Shown here: one piece after another, positions 15,693 through 24,365 of the stretch | Position numbering within the stretch: the stretch's first letter is position 1 | Layout of the letters: the number at the start of each line of letters is the position of its first letter | Source of the DNA: Desulfotalea psychrophila LSv54 | GTDB lineage: Bacteria; Desulfobacterota; Desulfobulbia; Desulfobulbales; Desulfocapsaceae | Assembly (NCBI RefSeq): GCF_000025945.1 | Contig: NC_006138.1 | Coordinates: 1,950,001-1,982,000 of the forward strand | Reading direction: 5' to 3' | DNA length: 32,000 nt | The notes under the pieces: generated by a model | Seen by the model: only the letters and a program-made list of their open reading frames with translations | The model's database searches: none | What the model was told of the DNA's origin: nothing | Made by a program: the position numbers and the translations under genes

Positions 15693-17493
15693 GTTTTTCG
15701 GTCTGCTCTTTATAGCTGAACTCATAAACAATAGCCTGCGATTCATCGCTGCTGCCAAAACCGAGAAAGGTGCTATCGATGTTTTTAGCAATAGAGAGAT
15801 GTACCACCTCTTTGTCCTGGCCCATTTCGTCTTTAACGGTGGCAATACGGTAGCTATAGTCTGGGATATAGCCGCTAATGGCCTTGGTTCGCCATACATC
15901 TCGTAAGGCTCCATCCGTATAGCTCAGGCAGGCAACGGTGCCTCCCTCATAGCTACGCATATTGGGGAAGAAGTCGAAGATGGCATTGACCATCCCCTTT
16001 GCCTCTTCATTGTCGGTCTTGCCCTCTTTTTTTGCCTTTCTCTTCTTCTCTTTTTCCCGGCCCGAGCTGACAAATTCTTCACGACGGTTAGAGCCGACAA
16101 TGATTTCGCTTCTGCCATCGCCATCTATATCGGTGGTGATAATTCTGGTGGGGATGTAGTTCCAGTTGCCAAAGTTATCAAGGTCTTCATTTTGGCCGAT
16201 CAGGGGTTGGTCGGTGAGTTTGCCCAGACCAATACCGAAGAAGTTGGTACTGCCACCATAGTTGTCCAGACTGACATGGAGGAGCTGGTTGTCTCCGTCA
16301 TAGATAAGCAGTCTCTCCCGTCTATCGAGCACCAGCAACTCTGCCTTGCCATTAGCTGTCAGGTCTGCCCAGGCAAAAGAGAAGAGGGTGGTGCCCTTAG
16401 GTAGAGAGATCTCTTCTCCTTTCTGGAAGGAGCTAAAGTCTTTTGCCACATCCAGTTGGTAGACGCCGGGCAGAAGGTAACTGTCGGCCCGTTTTGTTGA
16501 TCCCCTCTGGCCAAGGAGGAGGAGGCCACTACCTGGCTTTTCAATGGGCTGTAGATACCAGCCGTCTATTGTCATCAGGGGTTGAACAGTGCCTGCTGTG
16601 ATGGAGAGGATTTCAGAACGGGCCTTGGCGCCGAAGTTGCTGCTGATATAGAGCTCATCCCGACCGTCACCATCATAGTCAGCCGCAGATATGGCATTTA
16701 TTTTACTTCTGGTTGAAAGCGTATACTCACCTAGCTGAGTGAAGCGTTGTGCCTTTTGGGTATAAAAGAGAAGTTTTTGCCGGGAGGCGTAGACCATATC
16801 GTCCTGACCATCGCCATTAAAATCGCCCACGGCCATACCCACCATCTCCATGGGCAGTTTCGGGGTACGACGAATATTTTTTATAGCGACAGTGGTGCTC
16901 AGCTGGTTGCTACCGTAGAGGGAACCGCCACTTAAGAGACCCTTTTTATATTCACGTTCCGGATGGCTTGTCGCAAAGCCCGCCATGCCCATGGCTGCTG
17001 ACACATCCCGTTTTGCCTGTTCCTGATAGCCAAAGACATCCGTCCCAATTTTTGTGGCCATCAGATCAACGGCGGAAAAGATATCCTTCTCTTCTGCGGC
17101 CTTCTCAGAAAAATTTTGTTTGCTACCTGTCCCATTTATGGGCACAACCTTTACCTGTAGGGAGATGCCATTTTCCAACGCATAAACTGAGCCACGAACC
17201 ACATAATCAATATCGAGGTTCTGCCCTGTGACACTCTTGCCGGCGACGGTGAGGGCTTTGATCTCCTGTTGCTTTAGATTGTAGTCAACGGCGATTATAC
17301 GATCTTTACTTGCCAGTTGACTGGCTAGCATAGAACCTATGCCATTGACCAGGGGGCTATATTTGCCCGCATTAGTGCCATCTAAGGGGAGAAAAAGTAC
17401 TTTAGAAACAGCGACCTCTTCTTCAGCCCAGAGTGGCAGGGAAGAAAACAGCACGGCAAGGGCTACAAAGAGAGGTAGGAATAGACGAGGCAT
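15688..17493 (-). CDS. Exported protein with N-terminal TolB/FlgO-like domain and VCBS/FG-GAP repeats
   Basis: Signal peptide; SKVLFLPLDGTNAGKYSPLVNGIGSMLASQL; repeats VGDFNGDGQDD, AADYDGDGRDELYISS, ITTDIDGDGRSEIIVGS. Confidence 0.75.
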   Translation of the reverse strand: MPRLFLPLFVALAVLFSSLPLWAEEEVAVSKVLFLPLDGTNAGKYSPLVNGIGSMLASQLASKDRIIAVDYNLKQQEIKALTVAGKSVTGQNLDIDYVVRGSVYALENGISLQVKVVPINGTGSKQNFSEKAAEEKDIFSAVDLMATKIGTDVFGYQEQAKRDVSAAMGMAGFATSHPEREYKKGLLSGGSLYGSNQLSTTVAIKNIRRTPKLPMEMVGMAVGDFNGDGQDDMVYASRQKLLFYTQKAQRFTQLGEYTLSTRSKINAISAADYDGDGRDELYISSNFGAKARSEILSITAGTVQPLMTIDGWYLQPIEKPGSGLLLLGQRGSTKRADSYLLPGVYQLDVAKDFSSFQKGEEISLPKGTTLFSFAWADLTANGKAELLVLDRRERLLIYDGDNQLLHVSLDNYGGSTNFFGIGLGKLTDQPLIGQNEDLDNFGNWNYIPTRIITTDIDGDGRSEIIVGSNRREEFVSSGREKEKKRKAKKEGKTDNEEAKGMVNAIFDFFPNMRSYEGGTVACLSYTDGALRDVWRTKAISGYIPDYSYRIATVKDEMGQDKEVVHLSIAKNIDSTFLGFGSSDESQAIVYEFSYKEQTEKP

Positions 17494-17830
17494 GGTGGCT
17501 CCTTAACTTAAGAATAAGACTATACATAATAACGTGCACATTTATATCGTATATTCCTCTCCCTTACAATCTATTAGTGATATTGCGGGTCGAGACCTGT
17601 TTTTTAGGCGATACATCTGTCTCTCCTCTCTCTTCCACTTCGTCTAGCGTCCCATATGCTCAGTCTTTTTAGCAGAGAAAAAAATGGTAAAGATGTAAAG
17701 TTCAAGCTAAGCCTTGAATTTCCTTTCGCAATAGGGTTTTCTGGTTTTGTCTGTACGCAATTTAATGAGTTTTTTTACAGCCTCCACGCAAAAGAAATTT
17801 TCACCGAAACTCAGGGACAAGAGAGCAGCT

Positions 17831-19036
17831 ATGAATCAAACGGATACCTACAATATCCTGATGTACTCCCACGACACCTATGGGTTGGGGCATATCAGGC
17901 GCACCATGGCCATCGCCAACCATCTACGGGATGTGAATACCAATGTCTTGATTATGACAGGATCACCTATTGCCGGCAGATTCACCTTTCCGGAGCAGGT
18001 TGATTTTGTCCGTATTCCAGGAATGATAAAGAAGACTAACGATGAGTATCGTTCTCTCTCTATTCGGATTGGCCAGGAGCAGGCTCTGGCTATTCGCACC
18101 AGTATTATTAAAGCTACTGCTGAAACCTTTAAACCGGATCTCTTTATTGTTGATAAGGAGCCTTTGGGGCTGAAAGGTGAGGTCCTGCCAACCCTGGAGT
18201 GGTTTAAGGAGCATAGTCCGAACACCAATGTGGTCCTTGGTTTGCGAGATATTCTTGATGAGGCCGAGGTGGTAAAAAAAGATTGGCATAAAAAAGAGAT
18301 ATACGGCCGGATAGAATCTCTCTATGACGAGATATGGGTATACGGCGATCGGGATATTTATAATCCCATCGTTGAGTACGATCTGCCGGAAGTTCTTGAT
18401 GAACGGACCCTTTTCACTGGCTATATTCCCAGAAAGGCCATCAACGGTAGCACCCGGGAAGAGATACGCAGGAGTTATAGAATACTCGACGAAGACAAGC
18501 TGATCCTGGTAACAGCAGGTGGTGGTGGTGACGGTTCGGAGATGCTGGAACACTATGTGGCCATGCATGAATATTTTCCCACCTCACTGCCCTTTAAGAC
18601 CATTATGATTACCGGTCCTTTCATGCCCCGTGAGGCCCGGGAGAGTCTGCGAAAGCGGGCAAAACTGTATGGAATAAAAACCATCCCCTTTCATTCACGG
18701 GTGGAGGATATGGTAAAAGCAGCAGATCTGGTCATCTCCATGGGTGGTTATAATACCATCTGTGAGATACTCACCCAGCAGACGCCTGCCCTGATTATTC
18801 CGCGTGAGACACCGCGTAAGGAGCAGTTGATTCGGGCCCAGCATCTGCAACGACGTGGCCTGCTCGATTTTATCCCCTGGTCAGAGGTGAATCCGCAGCT
18901 ATTGAGAGAGAAAATAATCTCTCTCTTGGCCGATAGTGCCGGGTATAAGGAGACTATCTCATCCTTTGCCCTCACCGGTCTTGATACCATGCGTAATCGT
19001 CTTCAGGAGTTGAAACAGTTAAGGAGCAAGATATGA
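17831..19036 (+). CDS. MurG-like predicted glycosyltransferase (COG4671-like)
   Basis: MNQTDTYNILMYSHDTYGLGHIRRTMAIANHL..., VTAGGGGDGSEM, MGGYNTICEIL. ATG 17831 preferred over the track start 17747. Confidence 0.75.
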   Translation: MNQTDTYNILMYSHDTYGLGHIRRTMAIANHLRDVNTNVLIMTGSPIAGRFTFPEQVDFVRIPGMIKKTNDEYRSLSIRIGQEQALAIRTSIIKATAETFKPDLFIVDKEPLGLKGEVLPTLEWFKEHSPNTNVVLGLRDILDEAEVVKKDWHKKEIYGRIESLYDEIWVYGDRDIYNPIVEYDLPEVLDERTLFTGYIPRKAINGSTREEIRRSYRILDEDKLILVTAGGGGDGSEMLEHYVAMHEYFPTSLPFKTIMITGPFMPREARESLRKRAKLYGIKTIPFHSRVEDMVKAADLVISMGGYNTICEILTQQTPALIIPRETPRKEQLIRAQHLQRRGLLDFIPWSEVNPQLLREKIISLLADSAGYKETISSFALTGLDTMRNRLQELKQLRSKI

Positions 19037-20289
19037 GCAATACACCAGTTCTCGGTTATGTTCTCAAGGGCTATCCTCGCCTGTCCGAGACATTCATTTC
19101 CAATGAAATCCTTCTTCTCGAAGAGATGGGAACGAAGATGCATCTCTTTTCCATGCGCCACCCACGGGAAAAGATCTGCCATCCATCGGTGCAGCAAATA
19201 GTGGCCGGGGTTACCTACCTGCCCACGGAACTGCTGGATGATTTTCCCCGTCTGCTTGCGGCCAATATGTCTCTTGCCGGGCGTGAGCCTGCCAGGTACA
19301 GGAAGGCCCTCCTCTATGCGGCAGGGCTTTTTAAAGAGAAGGGGAAGGTTGCCACCATTAAGCACTTCCTGCAGGCTGGGTTTTTGGTCAATACCATGGA
19401 GGAAAAGGGCTTGAATGTGCAGCAACTTCACGGTCATTTTGCCCATTCGCCTACCTCGGTTACCCTCTTTGCCTCCATGCTGGCAGACATTCCATTTAGC
19501 TTTACCGCCCATGCCAAGGATATCTATACCTCCAGTGTCGCCACTCTTCGGGAGAAGATGGAACGAGCCTCCTTTGTGGCCACCTGTACAAAGTATAATG
19601 ATGTCTATCTTGCCGATCTGCGCAGAGAGATAGATTGTCCCATCCATACCATCTATCACGGTATCAATATCTCCCTCTTTCATAATGATAACTCTGGGCA
19701 TCCACCTCAGCCACCCTATAGGATTCTTACCGTGGCCAGGCTTACAGAGAAAAAGGGTCTGCCAACTCTGTTCCAAGCCCTGAAGATACTGAAGGAGAGG
19801 GGGATTGAATTTCAGCATCAGCTCATTGGCGACGGCGATGACCGGCAGACTGTTCTGGCATATATTAAGGAGCTGGGACTTGAGGAGCAGTGCCATTGGT
19901 TGGGAGCCTGCACCCATACGGAGGTCTTGGAGGAATTTTCTCGCAGCCATCTCTTTGCCCTCAGCTGTAAGATCGCCGAAAATGGCGACCGGGATGGAGT
20001 ACCCAATGTTCTGGTGGAAAGCCTTGCCATGGGCGTTCCCGCCATCTCAACCACGGTTTCCGCGATCCCGGAACTGCTTCACCATGAGGAGACAGGCTAT
20101 CTGGTTGAACCGGATCAGCCAGAGGAGTTGGCCGACGGTATAGAGAGGATGCTCACCGACCTGCCTCTGCGTAAAAATATAATCGAGCAGGGTCGTCTCT
20201 TTGTTGAACAGTACTTCGATAATAGGGTGCAGACCAAAAAACTGCAGGAGGTCTTTCTCCAGGATAATCCCGCCCTGCAGAGGGGATAG
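19033..20289 (+). CDS. Glycosyltransferase family 4-like
   Basis: 418 aa; PRLSETFISNEI, HGINISLFH, ILTVARLTEKKGLPTLFQAL, RDGVPNVLVESLAMGVPAISTTVSAIPELL. ATGA overlap with the upstream stop. Confidence 0.88.
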   Translation: MSNTPVLGYVLKGYPRLSETFISNEILLLEEMGTKMHLFSMRHPREKICHPSVQQIVAGVTYLPTELLDDFPRLLAANMSLAGREPARYRKALLYAAGLFKEKGKVATIKHFLQAGFLVNTMEEKGLNVQQLHGHFAHSPTSVTLFASMLADIPFSFTAHAKDIYTSSVATLREKMERASFVATCTKYNDVYLADLRREIDCPIHTIYHGINISLFHNDNSGHPPQPPYRILTVARLTEKKGLPTLFQALKILKERGIEFQHQLIGDGDDRQTVLAYIKELGLEEQCHWLGACTHTEVLEEFSRSHLFALSCKIAENGDRDGVPNVLVESLAMGVPAISTTVSAIPELLHHEETGYLVEPDQPEELADGIERMLTDLPLRKNIIEQGRLFVEQYFDNRVQTKKLQEVFLQDNPALQRG

Positions 20290-20296
20290 CTCTCCT

Positions 20297-20914
20297 ATGC
20301 AAAGTGCAGATTTTTTTCTCCTTCGCCATGGAGAGACGGAGTGGAATCGGGAGAAGAGGATCCAGGGTTGCCAGGATTCACCGCTTACCGCTACCGGTAG
20401 CCAGACGTCAGCCCTTTGGGGGCCCTTGCTGCAGCGCTATTCATTCGATCATCTCTTTTCTAGCCCTCAGGGTAGGGCCCAGGCAACGGCTGCGATTATT
20501 AATCGCTCTCTTGGTCTTGAAACTATTGTTCATAGGGCTCTACGAGAACAGGATTGGGGCCTCTGGGAGGGCCTCACCCGTGCCGAGGTGGAGGTACATT
20601 TTCCCGGCGAGCTGCAAAGGCAGATGGATCGAGGCTGGGATTTTCAGGCGCCAGCGGGCGAATCCCGGCGTCAGGTACAGCTCAGGGCAGAACAGGCCAT
20701 TCGCCATATCTCTCACCAACACCCCGGTGGCACCTTTCTCCTTATCTGTCATCAGGGCCTTATTAAATCTTTACTCTATGCCATCCTCGGTCGGGATTTT
20801 CTGCCCACGGAAGAACAGGTGCTTGAAAAAAATTCCCTGCAAAAAATATCCCTTCGGCCCGGTGGATCTCTGCAGATAGAGGCCCTCAATATCAGGCCTC
20901 CATCCCTCCCTTAA
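20297..20914 (+). CDS. Histidine phosphatase (phosphoglycerate mutase-like) family protein
   Basis: MQSADFFLLRHGETEWNREKRIQGCQDSPLTATG (RHG motif), REQDWGLWEG, ICHQGLIKSLL. Confidence 0.88.
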   Translation: MQSADFFLLRHGETEWNREKRIQGCQDSPLTATGSQTSALWGPLLQRYSFDHLFSSPQGRAQATAAIINRSLGLETIVHRALREQDWGLWEGLTRAEVEVHFPGELQRQMDRGWDFQAPAGESRRQVQLRAEQAIRHISHQHPGGTFLLICHQGLIKSLLYAILGRDFLPTEEQVLEKNSLQKISLRPGGSLQIEALNIRPPSLP

Positions 20915-20926
20915 GGTAAGAATAAT

Positions 20927-22087
20927 ATGAAAATTGCATTTTACTGTCAGCATATACTGGGCATAGGCCACTTTCAGCGCAGTCTTCTTCTCTGTCGCGC
21001 CCTCCTCGCCCGAGGACATCGTCTGACCCTGATACTCGGCGGTCCTGAGATAGAGGTGACTGATTCTCGTATTGAGGTGCTACAACTGCCCGGACTGCGG
21101 ATGGATGCAGAGTTTGGCGGTTTGCTTCCTTGTGATGAGGGAGCAGGCCTTGCCGATATCAAGGAGCAGCGACAAAAAATGCTCTATCAATTTTTCCAAG
21201 AGGAAGAGCCGGATATCTTTATTACCGAACTCTATCCCATGGGCAGAAAGGCCTTTCGCTTTGAACTCGACCCTGTCCTGCAGGGGATCGACCAGGGCAG
21301 CCTTGCTCCCTGTTTCTGTTGTTCCAGTGTGCGGGATATTCTGGTGGAAAAGAGTTCGGGCAGGGAAAAATTTGAGGAGCGAGCCGTTAAGACATTGAAC
21401 AGGTACTTTGATGGTCTTCTCATTCATGCCGATGCAAATATTATCTCTTTAGACGAGACCTTTGCCCGTACTGCGGAGGTTGTAATACCTAAATACTATA
21501 CGGGGTTTATTGCCCCGGAGATGGCGGCAAGAGGGGGAGGGGTAGCTCAAAAAGAGGATGACCTCCCCTTGGTTATTGCCTCCATCGGTGGTGGCAGTGT
21601 TGGCGGTGAACTCCTTGAGGCAGTGGCCAGTGCCAGTCAGGAGGGTACGTTTCGTCTGAAGATATTTTGTGGACGCTATAGCTCGGCTGAGCTGAAATTA
21701 CGTCTGGAGCAGTACCGATCGCCACTCATTGAAATTGTGACTTTCAGTCATGATTTCCAGAGGGAGATGGAGGCGGCGGATCTTTCTATCTCCATGGCAG
21801 GCTATAACACCTGTATGAACATTCTTCGGGCCGGAACGCCTGCTCTTCTCTATCCCTTCCAGCAGAACAGGGAACAGGGGTTACGGGTGAAAAAGCTTGG
21901 CATCTACCGGGAAATACAGATCCTGTCCGAGGCTGATCTGCCGGCGACGAGGCTCAGGGAACGGATTGAAGAGATGCTGGGCTATGAAAAATTTATGAGT
22001 AAGGTCGAGCTGGATGGAGCGATGAACAGTGCCCTGCAGGTAGAGGCATGGTTTGAAAAATTTACAGCAGAGGATCATAATGCCTAA
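20927..22087 (+). CDS. Second MurG-like predicted glycosyltransferase
   Basis: MKIAFYCQHILGIGHFQRSLLLCRALLARGH..., ASIGGGSVGGELLEA, MAGYNTCMNILRAGTPALLYPF. Confidence 0.75.
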   Translation: MKIAFYCQHILGIGHFQRSLLLCRALLARGHRLTLILGGPEIEVTDSRIEVLQLPGLRMDAEFGGLLPCDEGAGLADIKEQRQKMLYQFFQEEEPDIFITELYPMGRKAFRFELDPVLQGIDQGSLAPCFCCSSVRDILVEKSSGREKFEERAVKTLNRYFDGLLIHADANIISLDETFARTAEVVIPKYYTGFIAPEMAARGGGVAQKEDDLPLVIASIGGGSVGGELLEAVASASQEGTFRLKIFCGRYSSAELKLRLEQYRSPLIEIVTFSHDFQREMEAADLSISMAGYNTCMNILRAGTPALLYPFQQNREQGLRVKKLGIYREIQILSEADLPATRLRERIEEMLGYEKFMSKVELDGAMNSALQVEAWFEKFTAEDHNA

Positions 22088-22874
22088 GGTTTCAAATATT
22101 TATCGAAAAAAATGGGATCTTGATCAGCTGGAGGAGAGATTTCGCCGAGCAGTTAACCGAGGCTGCAAACGATCCGGGCAGGTCTTTGTTTTTTTCCGTG
22201 CCGATGATATTGCTATCCCCTCCGTCGGATTTACCCGTTTGGCAGAGATTTTTAACAGGCACCAGGCACCACTCTGTCTTGCCCTTGTCCCCTCTTGGCT
22301 TAATCAGAGCCGCTTTGCTCAACTGCTTGAGATCACCGGGGAGAGTGAGAGGTGGTGTTGGCATCAGCATGGCAGACGGCATCGTAATTTTGAACCTACG
22401 GGGAAAAAACAGGAGTTTGGTCCCGAGCGTGGAGTGGCGGTTGGCCAGCAGTTAGAATTGGGTTGGCAACGTCTTGAGGCTATTCTGGGGCAGAGGCTGG
22501 AGCCTTTTTTTACTCCCCCGTGGAACCGCTGTAGTCAGCAGACTCTCGACGCTCTTGAAGAGCAGAGGTTTTCGGCCATATCGAGAAGCCGTGGCGCTCA
22601 ACCACAGAGCTCCGCTTGTCTGCCGGATCTTGCCATCAATGTCGATCTCCATACCAGAAAGGAGGAGGATCCCGAAGCTTCACTGTCTAAACTCCTCGAA
22701 GAGCTGGAGGAGAGCCTTGCCACGGGCTGTGCGGGGATTATGATTCACCATAGGTGTATGAACGGCTCTGCCTTTGCCATACTTGATCTTCTTCTCGCTA
22801 TTTTACAGGAAGAGAGGGGGCTTAAAATGGGTACCTTTCGCGAGTTGGTCGAGCAGGAAAATAAGATATCTTAG
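22080..22874 (+). CDS. Polysaccharide deacetylase-like protein
   Basis: VFFRADDIAIPS, WHQHGRRHRNF, PFFTPPWNRCSQQTLDAL, GIMIHHRCMNGSAF. Overlaps the upstream stop by 8 nt. Confidence 0.75.
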   Translation: MPKVSNIYRKKWDLDQLEERFRRAVNRGCKRSGQVFVFFRADDIAIPSVGFTRLAEIFNRHQAPLCLALVPSWLNQSRFAQLLEITGESERWCWHQHGRRHRNFEPTGKKQEFGPERGVAVGQQLELGWQRLEAILGQRLEPFFTPPWNRCSQQTLDALEEQRFSAISRSRGAQPQSSACLPDLAINVDLHTRKEEDPEASLSKLLEELEESLATGCAGIMIHHRCMNGSAFAILDLLLAILQEERGLKMGTFRELVEQENKIS

Positions 22875-22962
22875 GGAGATGTTTTTAAAAATTGACCTGG
22901 GCAGGAAATTTTCCTAAAATTGAAACTGACAATAATTTTAAAGATCTTCTTCCAGGGCCATT

Positions 22963-23598
22963 ATGAGACGTCTTGTTGTTCTTCCCTTTTCAAAATCGGT
23001 ACAGATGGCATGTCAATCCCTACGTGCCCGGGCCCTGCGCTCGGCCATCACCACCATGAGTCTGGTCTTGGCGGTTGCCTTTTTAAGCTATAGTCAGGTC
23101 GGTAATATTATTATTCAACAGCTGGCAGGCTCAGGGGATAGCGAGATAGTTGGCGAGTTGCAGGCACTGGGCTATACGGGAGATGTGGCGGCTGCTGCTA
23201 AACAGCGCTGGATAGTCTTTCTCTCCCTTTTGGTATGTGTTGTCGGCATCATTAATGCCCAGATCATGTCTGTTACCGAACGCTTTCGGGAGATTGGCAC
23301 CCTTAAATGTCTGGGCGCTCTGGATAGTTTTGTTGTCCGTGTTTTTGTCTTGGAGGCAGGTATTCAGGGGCTGGTGGGATCCATTTTCGGTGCCATTGTC
23401 GGTCTCTTGGTGGCAACAGGTACTGCACTTTTTCGTTTTGGCTCGCCGGTTCAGGCAGCATTTTTTTCTATAGAAGTTTTGATTTCATTTATTATAACCT
23501 TGGCCATTGGCACCGGATTGAGTCTCATTGGAGCGCTCTATCCTGCTATTATCGCTGCTCGCATGCAACCCGTTGAGGCCATGCGTCGGGAGCAATAA
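22963..23598 (+). CDS. Minimal FtsX/MacB-type ABC transporter permease
   Basis: 211 aa; INAQIMSVTERFREIGTLKCLGALDSFVVRVFVLEAGIQGLVGSIFGAIVG...YPAIIAARMQPVEAMRRE; almost no periplasmic domain. Confidence 0.85.
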   Translation: MRRLVVLPFSKSVQMACQSLRARALRSAITTMSLVLAVAFLSYSQVGNIIIQQLAGSGDSEIVGELQALGYTGDVAAAAKQRWIVFLSLLVCVVGIINAQIMSVTERFREIGTLKCLGALDSFVVRVFVLEAGIQGLVGSIFGAIVGLLVATGTALFRFGSPVQAAFFSIEVLISFIITLAIGTGLSLIGALYPAIIAARMQPVEAMRREQ

Positions 23599-23615
23599 CT
23601 TTTTAGGGATAAAAG

Positions 23616-24365
23616 ATGAGGCATAAGCATAAAAAAAACATTGTTCGGGTGAGTGCTGTAACCAAGGATTTCGATCTTGGTAAGATGGTGGTCCATGTCC
23701 TCAAGGGAATTGATCTTGAAATAGAGGAGGGGAAGTATATCTCTATCATGGGACCATCAGGCTCTGGAAAATCTACCCTTTTTAATATGATAGGTGGCCT
23801 TGATAAACCAACCTCGGGCAAGGTCTATATCGATGAGGTAGATATCGCTCAGCTCGATGCCTATGAACTAGCCTGGCTGAGGTGTAGGAAAATTGGTTAT
23901 ATCTTTCAGACATTTAACCTTATTCCGGTAATGACTGCCCTGGAGAACGTTACCATTCCCATGACCTTTGCCGGCATGTCCGATGACGATGCCCTCAAGA
24001 GGGGGATGAAACTGCTGGCTCAGGTGGGACTGGAGGGACGGCATGAGCATAAACCATCAGAACTCTCTGGCGGTCAACAACAGCGGGTGGCCATTGCCCG
24101 AGCCCTGGCTAATCAGCCATCCATTATTCTGGCCGATGAACCGACGGGTAACCTTGATTTGAGCACAGGCGAAGATGTTATAGCCCTGCTTAAAGATCTC
24201 AGTGCCAGGTTGGGTGTTACCGTTATCTCTGCCACCCACGACTATAAGATGCTTAATGTTTCCGATCAGGTGATATGGATACGGGATGGAAAGGTCGATA
24301 AAATTCAAGGCCGTGAAGAACTCGATATCCGTACTGGTGGTCTTGGAGAGATCCATGAGGCATAG
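23616..24365 (+). CDS. LolD/MacB-type ABC transporter ATP-binding protein
   Basis: MGPSGSGKST Walker A, LSGGQQQRVAIARAL signature, IILADEPTGNLD Walker B. Confidence 0.93.
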   Translation: MRHKHKKNIVRVSAVTKDFDLGKMVVHVLKGIDLEIEEGKYISIMGPSGSGKSTLFNMIGGLDKPTSGKVYIDEVDIAQLDAYELAWLRCRKIGYIFQTFNLIPVMTALENVTIPMTFAGMSDDDALKRGMKLLAQVGLEGRHEHKPSELSGGQQQRVAIARALANQPSIILADEPTGNLDLSTGEDVIALLKDLSARLGVTVISATHDYKMLNVSDQVIWIRDGKVDKIQGREELDIRTGGLGEIHEA

